Assembly (NCBI GenBank): GCA_963668355.1
Contig: OY764265.1
Location: 2,336,001-2,400,000, forward strand
Reading direction: 5' to 3'
DNA length: 64,000 nt
Source of the DNA: Bdellovibrionota bacterium
Lineage (GTDB): Bacteria > Bdellovibrionota_G > JALEGL01 > DATDPG01
A model generated the notes under the pieces. It made no database searches and was not told the origin of the DNA. It saw nothing but the letters and a program-made list of their open reading frames with translations. Each line of letters starts with the position of its first letter. The first letter of the stretch is position 1. Below, in pieces: positions 52,001 to 59,835 of this stretch. Position numbers and translations under genes: made by a program.

Positions 52001-52067
52001 GCAGGAACTTCCTGAGAAATCAAAAAAGGCTTTCCTATCCCGTCCCGACGTTCAATTGTTTGGATAG
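49005..52067 (+). CDS. Zn ribbon + degenerate class III cyclase-like domain + STAND NTPase + TPR protein
   Basis: CQRC...CPFCG; FVGRNREL; Walker A GEAGVGKS; FEDLHFAD; GNPFF; HDMLRE; helical TPR-like repeats. Confidence 0.82.
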   Translation: MICQRCENEISLLDVAFCPFCGEPISMAAKGKHFAVVACGHLEASEEDLEFFFSYFGQLLRKHGGLFQGLGKDFLFFFQSEQFEAGRPIRALSMVQRLRQEAKAYHRDRGRAVQLRFGLSYGEVFERDHETFLQLGGQAVERATLLCDLSEQEEVWVSQDFADLFDSLYRFVPIPVDSKRWNSDWGQVFRFEGGEPISLECRFVGRNRELLELETRLQGLAQKRGFRTLLLGEAGVGKSRLLKECGRRVPREILVFQTRFERTTQVFPGVFQSLAKTILPLLSKGPNHLPISGSILMDEKLWANFNYDQVKQLFRATLLNLLEHQPCLICFEDLHFADRSSLCLLKDLMEDLEDYPMGILATSRQKCPYFSDVVEISPLNEKESTRLFQECGGTEEQIEQKYLDFCQGNPFFVQEMARHLEKGLSWEKLKSGSIRLLLEASLNSLPSEERSFIELLSLYGGRANLKILSQILGWNEEKCVDIADKNTLCLRQGEDFFIRHDMLRELADEQIEALKKKKLHYELAQVMASLGEPIETVAHHYFLSGDPEKGASASLKAAWRYLHLDDAETAAQWLSRGRRFAIQRKDSALLFEAGAIQFKLESLRRTVEESLKWLDAWNEKEGWKGNERSEFHLLKGEFLFDRGRIMEALQELETVGANESHRSFKFILLKGKILAKEGKHREAVKLSLQEIREPSRTDEEKAELYSLLGYVSFLDREYDQAVDFYEKSYVHFQMLEHMGGMSKVEQNLGNTELARGELNKARTTFLKLCESALQRSDLSLYASNLLRLGSVNFDLLRLRESEANHSQALSISSLAGNKDLYFQICLSQASAERFFGDLKPAMEKTREVLAYSQKTHRVYLEIQATRLMAKHNLDLGCAQEALNLLETLQKKPVFPSQDQLNRMARVEALLALERDSDARKELKLFEEKYPKEKRSILAQMEYLSWVCVLEKGISDELQTYLQSNSETLPLYRLSLLAKVGKFDLALVQAKGKNIVSRIEQELPEKSKKAFLSRPDVQLFG

Positions 52068-53693
52068 GCCTCTGTCAAAGAACTGTTCCATCTCTTCCAG
52101 AAGATCTCGGCAGGTTTCAGATTTTAAAGCACTGATCGAAAATCCGTCATTCAAACGGGCCATGTGGGTTCCCTGATTTCCAGGAAGAAGATCTGTTTTA
52201 TTCAAGACGAGAATTTGAGGAATTTCACTCACTCCCAGGTCGCGAAGAATGTTTTGAACCACATCGATTTGGTCTTGATAATGGGGATAGGAAGCGTCCA
52301 CAACGTGAAGGAGTAGGTCCGCATTGCCAATTTCTTCCAGTGTGGCTCGGAAAGCCAACTGAAGGTCTGGAGGAAGATCTCGAATGAATCCCACCGTATC
52401 CGTGAGAATGACTTCACGGTCCCTTGGAAACCGTAAGCGTTTGGAGTAGGGGTCCAGTGTCGCAAAGAGTTTGTTTTCGGCTCGGGCATTTGCATGCGTG
52501 AGTGTGTTGAGAAGTGTTGATTTCCCAGCGTTTGTGTAACCCACGATGGATACAATGGGGAGTTTCTTGCGTTCCCGAAGACCTCGTTTTTGGGAACGTT
52601 TTTGAGCGATTTTATGGATTTCTTTTTCCAGACGATTGATTCGTTCTCTGGCTCGACGTCGATGAATTTCCAATTTGGTTTCACCCGGACCTCGGCCACC
52701 TATGCCTCCGACGAGTCTCGACATTTGAGTGTCCCACTCACGCATTCGAGGAAGAGAGTATTTGAGTTGGGCCAATTCCACTTGGAGTTTTCCATCGTGA
52801 CTTTTCGCTCTTTGCGCGAAGATGTCCAAGATCACTTGGGTGCGGTCAATAACCCTGAGATTGGCCATTTCGGAGATGTGTCTTGCTTGATTGGGCGTCA
52901 GATTTTGTTGGAAAATGAGCAGATCTGCATCGAGCTGAGCAGCTCGAAGAGCGATTTCTTGAATTTTTCCGCTTCCGAGCATGGTTTTGGGATGGGGGGC
53001 TTCCCGGTTTTGAATAAAGGTTTCAAGAATTTCTACGCCCGCGGTATGGGCCAGGTCTTTCGTCTCATGGATCTGATCCCCTAAATGCGAATCCCCCTTT
53101 CGAGACATGGAGCAAAGGATGGCACGATTTTCCGGGGGAATGGTAGAGGCTGCCCGCGCATTTCTTCGAATCTCTTCTTCTAAGCTGGCAACGAAGGCTT
53201 CAATGTCGAGGTCTAACTCAAGAAAGGGCGTGGGGGGAAGCTGTTTGATCAGGACTTGATCCGGGTTTTCCGGAGCGATATGAGCGATGAAGATGTTTTC
53301 GGGAAATCCACTTTCATTTACTTGAAGGCTTCCCAAAACATCAAAGCGGCGGGTGGCCAAAGCCGTAAAATCTTGAGGAGAGAATCCTTCCTGGTTCAGG
53401 TGGGTGTGAATGAAACGGGTTCGAGATAAGCGGGTGACCCCGACCCGTTCTTGGACTTCTTTGGGAATGGGAATGCTTTCCCGCGTACCCACGACAATGC
53501 TCAAAATGCTTCCCTTGCGGTTCACAACCAATCCGAGTTGGCGTCTTAGGTCACGCGAAAGCGCGGAGATTTCTTTGGCGAGTTCCCAAGACAAAACGTC
53601 TGACTTATGAATTTTTCGGCGGGAAAGTCGTTCGAGATGTTTGAGTTGAGCTGTTTTTAAGCCGGTTAGGTGGCCTTCAATATTTCTGAAAAT
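52035..53693 (-). CDS. hflX: Ribosome-splitting GTPase HflX (long N-terminal form), probable AUU start
   Basis: GRGPGE; GYTNAGKS; LFATLD; DTVGF; NKTD. The frame stays open upstream of TTG 53594 to an ATT at 53693 that has SD AAAGGA. Confidence 0.92.
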   Translation of the reverse strand: MFRNIEGHLTGLKTAQLKHLERLSRRKIHKSDVLSWELAKEISALSRDLRRQLGLVVNRKGSILSIVVGTRESIPIPKEVQERVGVTRLSRTRFIHTHLNQEGFSPQDFTALATRRFDVLGSLQVNESGFPENIFIAHIAPENPDQVLIKQLPPTPFLELDLDIEAFVASLEEEIRRNARAASTIPPENRAILCSMSRKGDSHLGDQIHETKDLAHTAGVEILETFIQNREAPHPKTMLGSGKIQEIALRAAQLDADLLIFQQNLTPNQARHISEMANLRVIDRTQVILDIFAQRAKSHDGKLQVELAQLKYSLPRMREWDTQMSRLVGGIGGRGPGETKLEIHRRRARERINRLEKEIHKIAQKRSQKRGLRERKKLPIVSIVGYTNAGKSTLLNTLTHANARAENKLFATLDPYSKRLRFPRDREVILTDTVGFIRDLPPDLQLAFRATLEEIGNADLLLHVVDASYPHYQDQIDVVQNILRDLGVSEIPQILVLNKTDLLPGNQGTHMARLNDGFSISALKSETCRDLLEEMEQFFDRGLSKQLNVGTG

Positions 53694-53696
53694 GAC

Positions 53697-54611
53697 TTAA
53701 TCCTTTGATCTTCTTTTGGATGGAGACTTTTTTGCAGCACGTCGGGGAGCCGCTTTTTTCCGAGTTCCAACTTTTTTCGCTCTTTTACGTGGGGGGTATG
53801 TTTTCTCGGGCTTGCTACGTCGGACCATTCTTTTTTTGGATCCTCCCGATGTGAGGTCTTTGGCTTTTTTGGTGGTCCCCGGCTGAATCAATTTCTTTAA
53901 ATGTTTGATTTCTTCTTGCGTGAGGGACCGCAAAGATCCAGAAGGTACTTCTTCGACGGTAATCCCCGCATAGTTTGTTCGAACCAATTTCAAGACAGGA
54001 TGATCCAATCGAAGCCAAATTCGCTTGATCAAACGATTTCGACCTTCTTTGACAACCATCTCATACCAGGAATGCTTTTTGGTTCCCTCTCGAAAGACAA
54101 CCTGCTCGGGTTTGATGAACCCATCTTCCAATTTAACCCCTCTTCGAAGTTTCTGAATGGTCTCAGCAGAAGGCTTTCCTTTGACTTTCACCATGTAGGT
54201 TCGAGGAATTTCAAATCGGGGGTGCATGAGGCGATGGGCTAAGTTGCCGTCATTGGTGACAATCAATACGCCTTCGGTGTCATAGTCCAGTCTTCCGACG
54301 GGAAATAAGCGAATGTCGTCGGGTAGAAAATCTCTCAACGTCTCTCGACCTTCAGGATCCGAAAGGGTGGTGACGACTTGTTTGGGCTTGTTCAATACAA
54401 AATAGCGTAATTTGGGCTTTCCTTGGTCGATGGGAATTCCGTCCACAGCGATTTCGACCCCCTTTGGGTCAATCTGAAGTCCCAACTCTCGAACGGTTTT
54501 TCCATCGATGGAAACACGTCCCGTTTCAATGAGTTCGTCCGCCTTTCGACGGGAGGCAATCCCTCTTTCGGCGAGAAGTTTATTAAGGCGTATGGGTTTG
54601 CTCGTCTTCAT
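53697..54611 (-). CDS. rluB: rRNA pseudouridine synthase (RluB/RsuA family)
   Basis: S4 domain (IASRRKAD); PVGRLD; EGRN; basic C-terminal tail. Confidence 0.88.
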   Translation of the reverse strand: MKTSKPIRLNKLLAERGIASRRKADELIETGRVSIDGKTVRELGLQIDPKGVEIAVDGIPIDQGKPKLRYFVLNKPKQVVTTLSDPEGRETLRDFLPDDIRLFPVGRLDYDTEGVLIVTNDGNLAHRLMHPRFEIPRTYMVKVKGKPSAETIQKLRRGVKLEDGFIKPEQVVFREGTKKHSWYEMVVKEGRNRLIKRIWLRLDHPVLKLVRTNYAGITVEEVPSGSLRSLTQEEIKHLKKLIQPGTTKKAKDLTSGGSKKRMVRRSKPEKTYPPRKRAKKVGTRKKAAPRRAAKKSPSKRRSKD

Positions 54612-55329
54612 TTGAGCTTTCTTGAGGCTCTGGAAGGGGTTCGGCCTCAGCTAAATGGGTTTCAGAAACGGACGGGGAAGAATCTTCTTGAGGAGGTTGA
54701 GCTTCTAAATCCCCATTCGCAGTGAGAGAAGCCGCTTCGTCGGGTTTGTCTTCGGGAAGAAGTTTCTCCAGGGTTGCCAGGCTTTCCTCTCCCAATTCGG
54801 TGTATTCTCGCAAGGTGGGTAAGTCTGAAAGGGAACGAAGGCTGAAAAACTCCAGAAACTCTTTGGTCGTTCCATAGATGAGTGGGTGCCCAGGTTCTTC
54901 ACGTTTGCCTAAGATTCGAACTAAATTTCGCTCCAACATATTTCGTAAAACTGGTCCGGAATCGACACCTCGAATCTCATCCACTTCAGGTCGGGTTACC
55001 GGTTGACGGTAAGCGACAATCGAAAGGGTTTCGAGGGCGGCCCGACTTAAGCGCACAGGTTTGGCCTTATGGAGTTTAAATATCCAGGGCGTGTTGATTT
55101 GTTTGCTTCGGAGTTGGTAGCCGTTGGCCACTTCGACCAAATCCAAACCACTGGACTCTCGGGCATATTCGGTTTTCATTTCATCTAAAGCTTTTCGAAC
55201 CTCATCGTTTGAGCTTTCCTCAAGGACTTCCACGAATTTGCCCAGAGGTACCGGCTTATCTGAAAGAAAAAGGATCGATTCAAGAACTGACTTCAGTCGT
55301 TCGTCCGCCATATTCGTCGGTTCGGTCAT
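54583..55329 (-). CDS. scpB: SMC-Scp complex subunit ScpB
   Basis: LSRAALETL; YRQPVTR; IRGV; YGTT...FL. Confidence 0.94.
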   Translation of the reverse strand: MTEPTNMADERLKSVLESILFLSDKPVPLGKFVEVLEESSNDEVRKALDEMKTEYARESSGLDLVEVANGYQLRSKQINTPWIFKLHKAKPVRLSRAALETLSIVAYRQPVTRPEVDEIRGVDSGPVLRNMLERNLVRILGKREEPGHPLIYGTTKEFLEFFSLRSLSDLPTLREYTELGEESLATLEKLLPEDKPDEAASLTANGDLEAQPPQEDSSPSVSETHLAEAEPLPEPQESSNEDEQTHTP

Positions 55330-56125
55330 TGCTCCACTCTCCATATAAATTGGCTGTACCCATTAGCTGAATCTCTGAAAATGAATCAGCCTGGAATACG
55401 CGAATTAAGCCTCGTTTTACCATTTCCAAAAGTGCCAAGAACGTCGAGACCACACGCTCTTTAGAAGATTCATGTTCGAATAAATCGTCAAATCTCATAG
55501 AGCCTTCTTGGCTTTGTCGAAGTTTGCTTGCGACTTCCGTCACGCATTCGGAAACCGTGATGCCTTCTCGTTGAACCTCGTGGGGGGAGGCGAGTTCAAG
55601 CTTTCTAAGAACCTTGCTGAACGCATCAACCAACTTGAAGATGCTGACTTCCATGAGTTCGGGGGGGTCGTCGGTGTCGGAGCGAGGAAGGATGATTTTC
55701 TCGCGTTTAAACGTGTCACGTCCCAGAAGAGGTCTTTCCGCCAGTTGTTGGGCGACATTTTTGTATTTCTGGTACTCCAAGAGTCTCCGGACCAACTCTT
55801 CTCTCGGATCCACACCATCTTCCTCAGGATCCTCTTGATTTTCATCCGGGGGCAAGAGTAGTTTGGATTTGATGTGAGCCAGTGTCGCCGCCATTAGAAG
55901 AAACTCACCGGCGACTTCGAGATTGAGGGTTTCCATGACTTCGATGGTCTGGAGGTACTGATCCGTGATTTTCGCGACGGGAATATCGTAGATGTCCACC
56001 TGATTCTCTTTGATCAGATGCAGGAGTAGGTCCAAAGGTCCCTCGAATACATCCAATTGGATTTTGTATTGGAAAGGAGCGGCTTCGGTTAGGGACGTAT
56101 CCGATTTTTGGAGGTCTTCAGTCAT
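55280..56125 (-). CDS. scpA: Segregation/condensation protein A
   Basis: FEGPLDLLLHLI; FLLMAATL; FLALLE. Confidence 0.95.
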   Translation of the reverse strand: MTEDLQKSDTSLTEAAPFQYKIQLDVFEGPLDLLLHLIKENQVDIYDIPVAKITDQYLQTIEVMETLNLEVAGEFLLMAATLAHIKSKLLLPPDENQEDPEEDGVDPREELVRRLLEYQKYKNVAQQLAERPLLGRDTFKREKIILPRSDTDDPPELMEVSIFKLVDAFSKVLRKLELASPHEVQREGITVSECVTEVASKLRQSQEGSMRFDDLFEHESSKERVVSTFLALLEMVKRGLIRVFQADSFSEIQLMGTANLYGEWSNDRTDEYGGRTTEVSS

Positions 56126-57105
56126 GAGACGAGATGGGCCACTTTCTTTACTTCATTCATGGTTTTGGTCGCGATTTTTTGAGCTTTTTGCGTCCCCGCA
56201 TCCAGAATTTCGTCAATTCGTTTCGGATGTTGGGCAAAATGGTCTCTTTTTTCTCGAATTTCTCCGAGTTTGGGCAAAAGGGAATCCAACAGCATCTTTT
56301 TACAGTCCACGCATCCAATTTCCGCAGAACGACATCCCTTTCGAACATTTTGAATGGTCTCGGAAGGGGAATAGGTTTCGTGCAGGGGGTACAAATTGCA
56401 CGTGTCTGGATCCCCTGGATCCTTTCGCCGGGCCCTTTTGGGATCGGTGACCATGGTTCTGACTTTGGCTTCAATATCTGCCGTGGAATCCGAGAGTAAA
56501 ATCGCATTCCCATAGGATTTCGACATTTTCCGCCCATCGACACCGTTGATTTTGGGAGATTCCGTCAATTTGGGCTGAGGCTCAGGAAAAATATGGGCAT
56601 AGGTGTTGTTGAATCTTCGCGTGATTTCGCGCGTGAGTTCCAAATGGGGAACCTGATCTTGTCCAACGGGAACGGCCTCTCCTTTATACAAAAGAATATC
56701 GGCCGCTTGAAGAACGGGGTAGCCCAGAAAGCCCAGATTGGAAAGATCCTTGTCCGTGATTTCCTGCCTCATCTCTTTGTAGGTGGGGTTTCTCTCCAAC
56801 CAACCGAGAGGCGTAATCATGGAAAACATCAAAAAAAGCTCGGCATGTTCGCGAATGGCCGATTGCAGAAACACGGTCGATTTCTCGGGATCGATTCCAG
56901 AAGCCAACCAGTCGATAACCATTTCTCTATTGTTTTCAGGAAGTTGCGAGGTGTTTTTAAAGTCAGTTGTGAGGGCGTGCCAATCCGCTACGAAGAAGAA
57001 ACAGTCATTCCCTTCATCCTGCAGCTTCTTCCAATTGGTCAAAGCACCCAATAAATGTCCTATGTGTAATCGACCCGTGGGTCGCATTCCGCTTACGATC
57101 CGCAT
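56122..57105 (-). CDS. trpS: Tryptophan--tRNA ligase
   Basis: HIGH; YPVLQAADI; VGQDQ; KMSKS. Confidence 0.97.
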   Translation of the reverse strand: MRIVSGMRPTGRLHIGHLLGALTNWKKLQDEGNDCFFFVADWHALTTDFKNTSQLPENNREMVIDWLASGIDPEKSTVFLQSAIREHAELFLMFSMITPLGWLERNPTYKEMRQEITDKDLSNLGFLGYPVLQAADILLYKGEAVPVGQDQVPHLELTREITRRFNNTYAHIFPEPQPKLTESPKINGVDGRKMSKSYGNAILLSDSTADIEAKVRTMVTDPKRARRKDPGDPDTCNLYPLHETYSPSETIQNVRKGCRSAEIGCVDCKKMLLDSLLPKLGEIREKRDHFAQHPKRIDEILDAGTQKAQKIATKTMNEVKKVAHLVS

Positions 57106-57129
57106 GTGTTCCTCAACAAACTAACCTAG

Positions 57130-57783
57130 TTAAATCGCCAGATTGAGCAACCCTCTATAAACGATTTGAGCTGGAAGGAATACCAGATAATCCAGGATGT
57201 GAAGGTAGAAGAGAACGAAAATGATGATGATGCCGTAGCGTTCCAATGCGTCGAGCATTCGAGACATCTGAGGAAGAAGTCCATTTAGAACGCGGCTTCC
57301 ATCCAAGGGAGGAAAGGGCAGAAGATTGAACATCGCCAGAATGAGATTGATGAAAACCCCGGCTTTGACCATGTTGATGGCCTCGGCTTGAAAGGAGCTT
57401 GGACTTTGTATCCAAGCGCCGTCCCCCATGCGAATGAAGGCGGCAAATATGGCGGTGAAGCCGATTGCCAAAAGAATATTGGAGAGAGGGCCTGCCGCAG
57501 CGACCCAAAGTCCCCCCATTCGTCGGTCACGGAGATTGCGAAAATTGACGGGCACCGGTTTGGCCCATCCGATGATTGGGGCACCCATGACGGCCAGAAG
57601 GACCGGAAAGATTACGGTCCCAAATATATCAATATGGGGGAGGGGATTGAGCGTGATGCGCCCAAGGTCTTTTGCCGTGGTGTCTCCCCATTTATTGGCC
57701 ATCCAAGCGTGGGCAGCCTCGTGAAAGGAAAGCGAGAAGAACAAGATGACGAGCAACGGCAACATTTGAATGAATCTTTCCAC
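57130..57783 (-). CDS. Site-2 protease (M50) family protein
   Basis: HEAAH; AAAGP; FNLLPFPPLDG. Confidence 0.93.
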   Translation of the reverse strand: MERFIQMLPLLVILFFSLSFHEAAHAWMANKWGDTTAKDLGRITLNPLPHIDIFGTVIFPVLLAVMGAPIIGWAKPVPVNFRNLRDRRMGGLWVAAAGPLSNILLAIGFTAIFAAFIRMGDGAWIQSPSSFQAEAINMVKAGVFINLILAMFNLLPFPPLDGSRVLNGLLPQMSRMLDALERYGIIIIFVLFYLHILDYLVFLPAQIVYRGLLNLAI

Positions 57784-57849
57784 GCGCTAGGGGATACCGG
57801 AGGCCGGAAGGCCTGTCAATTGGGAGTGAATTCGATGACAGTGGAGAGA

Positions 57850-58758
57850 TTAGGTCTTTTTGGCCCGAGGATGGAAGGTGTTGTAGGCATTTTTGAGATG
57901 CTTGCGGGAGAGGTGGGTGTAGATTTGGGTCGTGGCTACGGTAGCATGGCCGAGCATTTGTTGAACGGACCTCAAGTCCGCTCCCCCTTCGAGTAAGTGA
58001 GTTGCGAAGGAGTGTCGGAGGACATGTGGGGAAACTTTGGAGGGGATTCCTCCTTTGCGGGCGTACTTTCGCAAGAGGTGCCAAACGGTTTGTCGCGTCA
58101 TGGCTCGTCCGCGATTACTCAGAAAAAGCCATTTTTGAGGCTTTCCTTTGTCAAACTCTCCCCGGGCCTTCTGGACATACGTGTTGATCCAGTGAAGGGC
58201 GTGTTTGCCGACAGGAACCACCCGCTCTTTGGAGCCCTTCCCGGTTACGCGAAGGAGGGCGGTATCCATATGGAGAGACTCATAGGTGAGGGAGACCAAT
58301 TCCGAAACGCGGAGTCCCGAGGAATAGAAGAGTTCCAAGATGGCTCGGTCACGAAGCCCTTCTTTTTTCTCTACATCCGGAGCTTCCAAGATTTTCTCCA
58401 TTTGTTCAGGTGAAATGGCTCGGGGCAAGCCGCGTGAAAGCCGAGGGGCCGAAAATTCTTGCGTGATTTGTTTGCGAACCAAATTCTCTCGGCTTAAGAA
58501 TTTATAAAACGAACGAATAGCCGAAATGGCTCTTACGATGGATCGAGAGGATTTTCCTTCCCGACTCAAATGCGATTGAAAGCCCTCAGCATGTTGTCGC
58601 GTGATGTGTTCCGGAGAGGGAAGCTTTTTTTGGGTCGCATAATTTTGAAACGATAAAATGTCTCGGGCATACGCATCAACCGTGTTTTTAGAAAGTGAAC
58701 GGTTGATTCGCAGATTTTCGAGGTAGAGTTCTCGGCAGCGGTCCCAAGACTCACTCAC
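57850..58758 (-). CDS. xerD: Tyrosine recombinase XerD
   Basis: GLRVSE; GKGSKER; HVLRHSFATHLL; LGH; TQIYTH; housekeeping synteny. Confidence 0.9.
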   Translation of the reverse strand: MSESWDRCRELYLENLRINRSLSKNTVDAYARDILSFQNYATQKKLPSPEHITRQHAEGFQSHLSREGKSSRSIVRAISAIRSFYKFLSRENLVRKQITQEFSAPRLSRGLPRAISPEQMEKILEAPDVEKKEGLRDRAILELFYSSGLRVSELVSLTYESLHMDTALLRVTGKGSKERVVPVGKHALHWINTYVQKARGEFDKGKPQKWLFLSNRGRAMTRQTVWHLLRKYARKGGIPSKVSPHVLRHSFATHLLEGGADLRSVQQMLGHATVATTQIYTHLSRKHLKNAYNTFHPRAKKT

Positions 58759-59692
58759 TGTCAGCGGACTCCGTTTTGATTTTCACGCCTTCGGCCTGCG
58801 TCTCGCCGGAAAATTTAATTTGATTTCGCCCCCCATTTTTTGCGCGCAAAAGCTGCATATCTGTGGCCCGGAAAAAGGTCTCATGCGTTTTGTAATTGTT
58901 CTTATCAAACGTTGCGACGCCGGCGCTGATGGTGACCGGAATCTTTGTGTTTTGAAAGGTGAATAGAACTTCTTCGATTCGTGCTCGAAGTTTTTCCGCA
59001 ATTTGAACGGCAGAATCTTTAAGCGTATCTCGCAAGAGCAAGACAAACTCCTCACCTCCGAATCTCGCAAACAAGTCTTCCTCACGCTTAATGGCGGTGA
59101 TTTGAGCAGCCAACTCTTGGAGAATGTAGTCTCCTGCATCATGACCATGGCTGTCGTTGATTCGCTTGAAGTGATCGAGGTCGAAGATGATCAAAGACAA
59201 AGGAACTTCATGCCTTTTGGAGTAGCTAAACTCCATCTTGAAGCGGTCCACGAAGTACTTCTTATTGTAAATCTGCGTCAGGTAGTCTTTGTTGGCCGCA
59301 TTATAGAGTTGTTCGTTAAAACTCTCCTCGATGTCATCCAGGTAGTTGAATTTGAGAATGGTCACATTTCCCAACTGAATGCGATCCCCATCCACGAGCC
59401 GATGCGTCTTCATCTTGCTTCCGTTGATGAGCATGCCATTGGTGCTTTCCAAATCCGTGATGATGAATGCATTCGGACGGGCTTCGACTACGGCGTGATT
59501 TCGGCTGACATCGGGGTCGTCAATCTTGATGTCCGATTCTTCCGAACGTCCGACGGATATCTCGGTTTTGTTGATTTCGTACTTTCGCCCAATGTCGTTT
59601 CCAGCCAAGACAACAAAATTGGCTTTGGGGATGCCTGCGCTGTGAAGCAGGTCCACAATGTCTCGACGGGAGGTTTTATCTTCAGGGGCCAT
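58751..59692 (-). CDS. FHA-GGDEF diguanylate cyclase (DgcB-like)
   Basis: FHA motifs GR, SRNH, STNG; DLDHFKRIND; I-site REED; GGEEF. Confidence 0.92.
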   Translation of the reverse strand: MAPEDKTSRRDIVDLLHSAGIPKANFVVLAGNDIGRKYEINKTEISVGRSEESDIKIDDPDVSRNHAVVEARPNAFIITDLESTNGMLINGSKMKTHRLVDGDRIQLGNVTILKFNYLDDIEESFNEQLYNAANKDYLTQIYNKKYFVDRFKMEFSYSKRHEVPLSLIIFDLDHFKRINDSHGHDAGDYILQELAAQITAIKREEDLFARFGGEEFVLLLRDTLKDSAVQIAEKLRARIEEVLFTFQNTKIPVTISAGVATFDKNNYKTHETFFRATDMQLLRAKNGGRNQIKFSGETQAEGVKIKTESADSE

Positions 59693-59777
59693 ATTCTTGA
59701 ATTTGTTGTCTGTTTACTAGAAAGTGAAGAATATCAGGTACCTGTTCATCCGGTCAACGAGTGTGGTAGACTAACAA

Positions 59778-59793
59778 GGTGATCTAGATCATG
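59778..59793. promoter_or_regulatory. Possible CRP/FNR-family binding site
   Basis: GGTGA-TCTAGA-TCATG with a perfect 12-bp palindrome TGATCTAGATCA, in a divergent intergenic region. Confidence 0.35.
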
Positions 59794-59835
59794 AAATTTT
59801 GTCATTTTGGATAAGAGTTAAAAAGGGAGTCAGGA

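Noticed and set aside
52035..54611. RluB-HflX fusion by stop-codon readthrough (same frame)
   Set aside because: The stop is UAA, RluB ends in a normal basic tail, and a well-spaced SD plus ATT explains the hflX N-terminus more simply.
57850..58758. Tyrosine recombinase as a prophage or island integrase
   Set aside because: Sequence and xerD-S2P-trpS-scpAB-rluB context fit housekeeping XerD; no att-like repeats or phage genes.
59761..59772. ops/JUMPstart-like element before the polysaccharide cluster
   Set aside because: GTGGTAGAC only partly matches GGCGGTAG; insufficient.
57388..59782. Long plus-strand ORFs (202, 138 and 259 aa)
   Set aside because: Antisense to the site-2 protease, xerD and the FHA-GGDEF gene; no recognisable motifs.
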